A stretch of 62,997 bases of DNA, filler included, from Hyphochytrium catenoides (lineage: Eukaryota > Protista > Hyphochytriomycota), in NCBI GenBank assembly GCA_900088475.1. It is 6 parts of 6 records of this genome, joined end to end, with 100 filler letters (N's around TTAATTAATTAA, not from the genome) between each part and the next. Parts side by side here need not be neighbours in the genome. Positions count along the whole stretch, not along the records: positions 57,587 to 61,749 come from FLMG01001940.1; positions 61,850 to 62,997 come from FLMG01000353.1; 4 more parts are not named here. One strand, 5' to 3'. A program made the translations under genes and the position numbers. A model generated the notes under the pieces. That model saw only the letters and a list, made by a program, of their open reading frames with translations, made no database searches and had not been told where the DNA came from. This document shows, one piece after another, positions 57,487-62,997 of the stretch; positions within the stretch are counted from its first letter, which is position 1, and the number at the start of each line of letters is the position of its first letter.

Positions 57487-57586
57487 NNNNNNNNNNNNNN
57501 NNNNNNNNNNNNNNNNNNNNNNNNNNNNNNTTAATTAATTAANNNNNNNNNNNNNNNNNNNNNNNNNNNNNNNNNNNNNNNNNNNN
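57487..57586. other. Artificial contig-join spacer
   Basis: 44 N + TTAATTAATTAA + 44 N. Confidence 0.97.
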
Positions 57587-60500
57587 TTGTCTCTCCCTTC
57601 TCCCACCTTTTTGCCTCTCTCTTGTTCTCTGCGATCCTACTACCACGATTCACTCCTCTTCCTTCGTCTCTTCTCCACTACGCTTTGCCGCATATGCTAC
57701 TTCTCGTCCTTCAACTGCAGAATATCATCGAAAGCTCTTGATGAATGGTGCCAGAGACAACAAGATATGTAAGCGCGACGTAGAAGAAAGGGAATGAATG
57801 TCCGTCGGTGGCTGCTTTATTTTCTCTATGGTGACAAGAGATTTATCGCAGGCTCTTCGCTAGCATGGCAGTCCAAGGAGTACTTGTGCACTCTATCTTA
57901 TGTTGTTATTAACGGTCACCTTCTCTAAAGCAGGGTATAATAGTCTTTATCCTCTCTCAGATTATGGGCGCAAAGGTAGCTTGTACCTTGGCCTTCGTCA
58001 GCTTCTCTCTTGATCCTCTCTTGGCGACAGGATAAAAGGGGAGAGTCTACATACTCCGGCCAGCTCTGTTCGCGGTACGCTGGTGGATGGAATACGCCGT
58101 CTGCTTGCGAATAGCTGTTTCTTGCCTTTATCATTAGAAGAAGCTCCTTTTCTCAAGGGTCATTTATCTGTGTGTACCAGTAGACTACTGTGTGAAGAAG
58201 ATATGAAAACCAAGAAGAAGGAGGAGGAGAAGAGGAGAGGAAGAAAAAGAGAAATGAAATAGAGGTGAGAGCTACAGAAGAGTCCTGGACGCTTCAACGC
58301 GCTCTTCTCCTCCACCATCGTTAGGAAAAAGAAGGATCATATTTGAACTCCCCGGCATAGCAATAGGAGAAGGAGCAGGGGAAGAAGAGGACATAGTAGC
58401 GCCGAGACCATCATCACACTCGATCAGCCAAGCATGAGCAGGGACCAACTACTGAAGAGGAATACGCCTCAGAATCTGTAGTGCATTCTTTTTGTTACTC
58501 GCGAAAGAGATTCTGGTGTGAAGAGCTAAACCCTGTGCCAACACCGGGAACAATGACTAAGAGGTCGAGAAGCATCGAGAGCAGGGCGATCACGCTCACT
58601 CTGAAGCTTCGCGTGTTGTTCCACACAGTCCAAGACATAGAGCGTAGCACCACCAAACGACTCCTGGAATAGTAGCACAACCTGCAGCCCCACAGCCTGA
58701 CAAGGACCGTCACCCTTCCTCAACTTGACTTTTTCAGACAAGAGCCTTGATAGCCGGCATGGATCGCTGCATAGGGAAATGAAGAGTCCTGGATTGCAGC
58801 GAATCTGTGAATGACTTTCTGTTCTCTAGAAAAGCTTGCTAGTCCTACCTACTAACGTATTGACTTTATCATAGAAGAAGTAAAGGAAGAAGAAGAAGCA
58901 GAAGGAGGAGGAAAAGAAGATGAAAGAAAAAGGAAGAAGAGGAAGAAGAAGAGACGAGAAAAGCTACTATTAGTATTGTTATAAAGCTTTGGTCTCGTCC
59001 TCACCTCAATCTGCCCCACGCTCATCGTCGGTAATAATAGAAGAATCATAATCGATCTCCTCAGTAATTATTCAAGGGAGAAGGAGGAGACTTTCTTCTG
59101 AAGCCACGTGCTCTCCTTTTGCAGCGGTACAGCAGGCTTGTGTTTCTCTTCTTATAACAACGATTAGCACAAGTGAGTCGACTGGTAAAACAGTAGTTGT
59201 ATCTTCTTTCCCAATAGTAAGACGAGTGACTGATGAACAGGGGCCACAACGCTCGTAGTTCCGACGGTACAGTCCATAGGATATGAGAGCAAGAAGGAAC
59301 GGTCCAAAGGGCCAGACGCTCAGGAGACCGACTCAGATCTGAATGATGAGGAGGGAAGAGGAGCCAGACAGACGGACTGCTGGCTACGACTCATTACGTG
59401 GAAGAGCCGACGAGCCTATGGATACGACTCCAGGGTAGTTCTACTCGGACACCATAGACTCGAGGACACTTCAGCAGAGCATTGATGGGCTGCGCGAAGC
59501 ACAGGCAGGTGTAGGAGGCCTAGTAGAAGAAGTATCGCCCTCCTTTGTTGGACACCATTATCTAGCGTCGTAGTACAGGGAGAACCACTACTAGCCCGCG
59601 CTGGAACGACTACTACTAGAGCGACCCCTGTGCCCCACCAGCCACTAACCCGCCGGCACGCAGTGAAACTAAAGCTTTCTTCGTGAGTCTCGCATTGGCG
59701 CGGTGTAGAATTACTTGTCCGGCCAAAGAAGCACAAAGGAAGGCTACACATATAAGTGTAAGACTTACCAGCTCCCCGACCTTTACGGTACCTAAAGTGT
59801 CTGACATAACGTTCTGACAACGTTAAGCGGAACAGATGGTGCACCCCGTCCTGAGGCTTCCCAATACACTGAGTAAAGACATGAAAGAGTATCCTCCTTT
59901 GTGCCGGACAACGGTGGAACTGTCTGATAACTTAGCACAATGAAAGAACAACTACTCAGGAGATCCACTGGATGGTAGAGTAGGTGGACGCAATTACTTG
60001 GTTCTCAGTGTTTGGCCATGACAACCTAATCTAAGGCGAGATGAGGAGGAAGGAACCTCCTGCACGCCCCACCACAGGAGAACTACCTTGTGGTTGACAC
60101 TCGCTGCTCTTCTCAACCAGCAAGTCAGCGTGTCTCTAGTCGTTGGAAAGTCAGGCGGAACCCCGAGACTGTTGGACCGAAAGACACGTAGAGTAGAACT
60201 AACCAACTTAGCCATAAGAAGTAGGAGACCTCTCCATCACTAAGTCAACCTAATCCTTCCCCTCGTTATTAGTAGTGTATCAAGGGTGGGCAGACTTAAA
60301 GTCTTGACTAGCCTCCGACCAATTCTGAGATTGACGGCTAGTAGTCAGCTCCTGCTCCTGCTCGTTGTTCTTAGTAGTAGACACGTTCTAAACTGTGAGC
60401 CAGTGTAGGAAGGTCTCCCTATTATAGTCTGTCTCCTCCCCTTACCCGTCTGATTAGAGATCCTTCTTATTAGGGATGTTTTGGGGGTCGCCCGCATATC

Positions 60501-60859
60501 CCACCATCCTCAAGGCTACTAAGGTAATGTAATTAACCTAAGGACTGAGGCCCACATAGCTTTTGTCCTATAGTAGCCAAGTGAATGGTGGCTACAGAGA
60601 GATGATGGACCGGGGATGGTAGGAGACGCGAACCGTCATGAGAGAGAGGATATTTGTTCTATTCTAACGAGGAGAAAACTACCAAGAGGCACGTCTTGTC
60701 TTAACGCACCGGTCCTACCCTCAGTGAAGAAAAAGTTGCCTCCCCCGCTAACCTCCATTTCATTCCGCTCCTGGTCATTCCTTGGACCACCGGCGTGCTA
60801 GGCAGCAAGTGTCAGGGCTCAACTGCTACCCAGTTTTTGGCATTAGCTGGTTCCCCATC

Positions 60860-61749
60860 ATGAGCTTCTCCTTTTCACGGCTCAGAGACAAGGACGGAAA
60901 TGACAGGGAAGAGGTGGGACACGGAACGAGTAGTATTGGCGGCGGACGGTTCTTCTGCTGGTGGCGTCGTGTAGAAAGCTCAGAATCTGACCAAAGACAG
61001 AATAACGAAGAAAAGAAGGGACGAAAGCGGACGAAGAAGCGTGAGAAGAGTACGACAGACGCTGTTTCCATAGAGCTTCAACACCTCTCTGGCTGGTCTT
61101 CCTCTAGCAGCACTTCTGCCTCTCTAAGCCCAAAGTTCGCTTCCAAAAACGGGGAGGGAGAGGTCGAAGAAGAAAGGACGACAGACAAAGAAGATGACAA
61201 GGAGAGAGATACCACTGCCAGAGCGCATGAGGACAAAGACAATGAACTCTTTGACCCTGAAGAAGGCCAAGAGACAGACGAGGACGGAGCGGAACATGTA
61301 TGCTATCGTATTATCGCAGAAGGTGATGGAGATGGGTCCATGTTGTCCATCAAACGAAGCTTCATTGAGTCTCTCTCGAAGGTCCGTACAACAAGTGTCG
61401 GCTCGTTAGCTCTCTCAGATAAGATACCTGCAGAGAAAGGAGCAACAACGAGGAGGAAGACTGCGCCAGCACAGAAAGGAGAAGAGAACGACTTGAAGGG
61501 TCCTCATCAGGAACAAGAAGAACAAGAGACAGTGGTGATCACCAAGAGCGGCATCATCCTACCCACCGCTCCCACGGACCGTCAGAAGTATCTCTACCGA
61601 CACACGCGGCGCTCTTTCTTCTACGCCGCGGCCGTTATCTCCTTCGCAATCACTTCCGTAGGGATGTGGCTCTTCACCATCGCCTCTCCTTATCTCTATG
61701 TCTTCTCTGTCTTCAACCTCTTCTTCACATTCTACCTTCTTCTCTCCTA
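60860..61749 (+). CDS. N-terminal part of a probable GT2 cellulose-synthase-like / mixed-linkage-glucan-synthase-like membrane protein (truncated)
   Basis: ATG at 60860, a long acidic disordered leader, then LPTAPTDRQKYLY followed by two TM helices (FFYAAAVISFAITSVGMWLF, YLYVFSVFNLFFTFYLLLS). From memory this pattern precedes the catalytic domain in fungal Tft1-like GT2 enzymes. The D,D,D,QxxRW motifs lie beyond the contig end. Confidence 0.5.
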
Positions 61750-61849
61750 NNNNNNNNNNNNNNNNNNNNNNNNNNNNNNNNNNNNNNNNNNNNTTAATTA
61801 ATTAANNNNNNNNNNNNNNNNNNNNNNNNNNNNNNNNNNNNNNNNNNNN
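61750..61849. other. Artificial contig-join spacer
   Basis: 44 N + TTAATTAATTAA + 44 N. Confidence 0.97.
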
Positions 61850-62997
61850 GGTGGGGGGGGAGGAGGGAGGAAAGGAGGGGGCCAGTGAAAGAGAAAATGA
61901 AGAGCAAAGACAAAAGAGCACTTCTCCGTAATGAGAGAGCAAAATATAGGAAGAAGGTTGACGCAGTTGATAGAGTTCCAGACAAAGAAAGAAAGAGTGA
62001 GAGAGAGATTGTGAGAGAGAGAGAGAGAGAGAGAGGAAGGGAGGGAGAGGAAAGAGAACCAAAACAGGGAGAAAGGACAACAAGGATAGACTGAACCGTG
62101 CTAGGTCTAGGGTTACAGGCTCATAATTGACGATAGGCTGGTTAAGCGAGAATAAGACAACAGGGAGATTCCAAAGAAGGAGCGGAAGAACGAGAGAGCT
62201 CGCGCGAACAGAAAAGAGAGAGATGCCAATGGGAGAGAAAGAAATGGAACAGCAGAAAAGCAGGCGCGAAAGAGAGAAAAGGGCGAGAGCTCGTGATGGT
62301 AGACAAGGAAGGTTAGGAGAGCTCGCCCAAAAGAAACACAAGAAGAAGAAGAAGGAGGACGAAGGCTTGCCTGGACGAGCCTTTTCTTCCTCAGTTGCGT
62401 GTCAAGCTCCGCCAGGCGATAAGTCTTCGGTATCCGTTCTTTAGCGATGGCCGAGCGCTCATAGAGCGTGCCAGAGTAAACTTTCTAGGGCAACAGAGCG
62501 ATTGGAAGGAAGAAGAGGTAAAAGAGAAAGAAATGCACGGAGGGAGACAGAGCAAGAGAGAGAGAGAGAGTGGAGAATAAGGGTGAGAGGAGAAACTAAG
62601 ATGAAGGCCGTATATAACAAGGATAAGAACGAAGGGAGAGGGACAGATGAGAGAAAAGGAGAGATGGAGAGAGATGCAGATCGAAGACTACACATAGCGA
62701 GGAAAGTTGGTGAAGAGGTGTAAAGGCCTGGGGCAAAGAAACCTGGCTGCTACAACGTAAACCCTACCCCTTCGGCACCTTGCTGGATAAGGGCCCAGCC
62801 ACTCAATCCATCGGCCTCCATTTCTTTAGTCAGAAGAAGAAAGTCCAAGGCCGACGCTGTTCTTTCCAACCAAACCTCCACTCGAGAAAGAGTAACACAG
62901 CTGGAGCACCCAAGGGCTCTGGATAAAGACCAAGGTGATCACAGAGGACTTTCTTCAGAGGCGCGGAGAGAAGTTACCCAGGAGCACAAAGCTTATA

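Noticed and set aside
61850-62997. Short ORFs in the last contig fragment
   Set aside because: Low-complexity purine-rich translations with no motif or splice-supported structure.

Overview
Eukaryotic draft-genome sequence, most likely a stramenopile/ochrophyte alga. That taxon call is inferred only from protein motifs. The window is not contiguous: it is six pieces joined by artificial 100-bp spacers (44 N + TTAATTAATTAA + 44 N), with many further N gaps. It is saturated with (GA)n/(CT)n microsatellite, so nearly all ORF-track entries (poly-SL, poly-ER) are artefacts, and real genes had to be rebuilt by hand from GT-AG exons. Supported genes: a USP10-type deubiquitinase with an N-terminal FGDF motif; a lamin-tail-domain (LTD) protein fused to a catalytically degenerate phosphatidylinositol-synthase-like membrane domain; Cdc37; an intronless KIX + F-box-like + LRR protein; two neighbouring intronless Pro/Ser-rich type-I membrane proteins, one with a cytoplasmic CxxC-CxxC motif; Tctex-1 dynein light chain; a 13-exon Polo-like kinase whose polo-box phospho-pincer reads D-Q-T-E; a partial SnoaL/NTF2-like gene; an unknown polytopic membrane protein; tRNA-Gly(CCC) with A1:U72; and the N-terminus of a probable GT2 glucan synthase. 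The most notable items are the LTD/pseudo-PIS fusion, the KIX-F-box-LRR architecture, and the intron design: recurrent 5'-(GA)n...(CT)n-3' self-complementary introns and acceptors with no pyrimidine tract.
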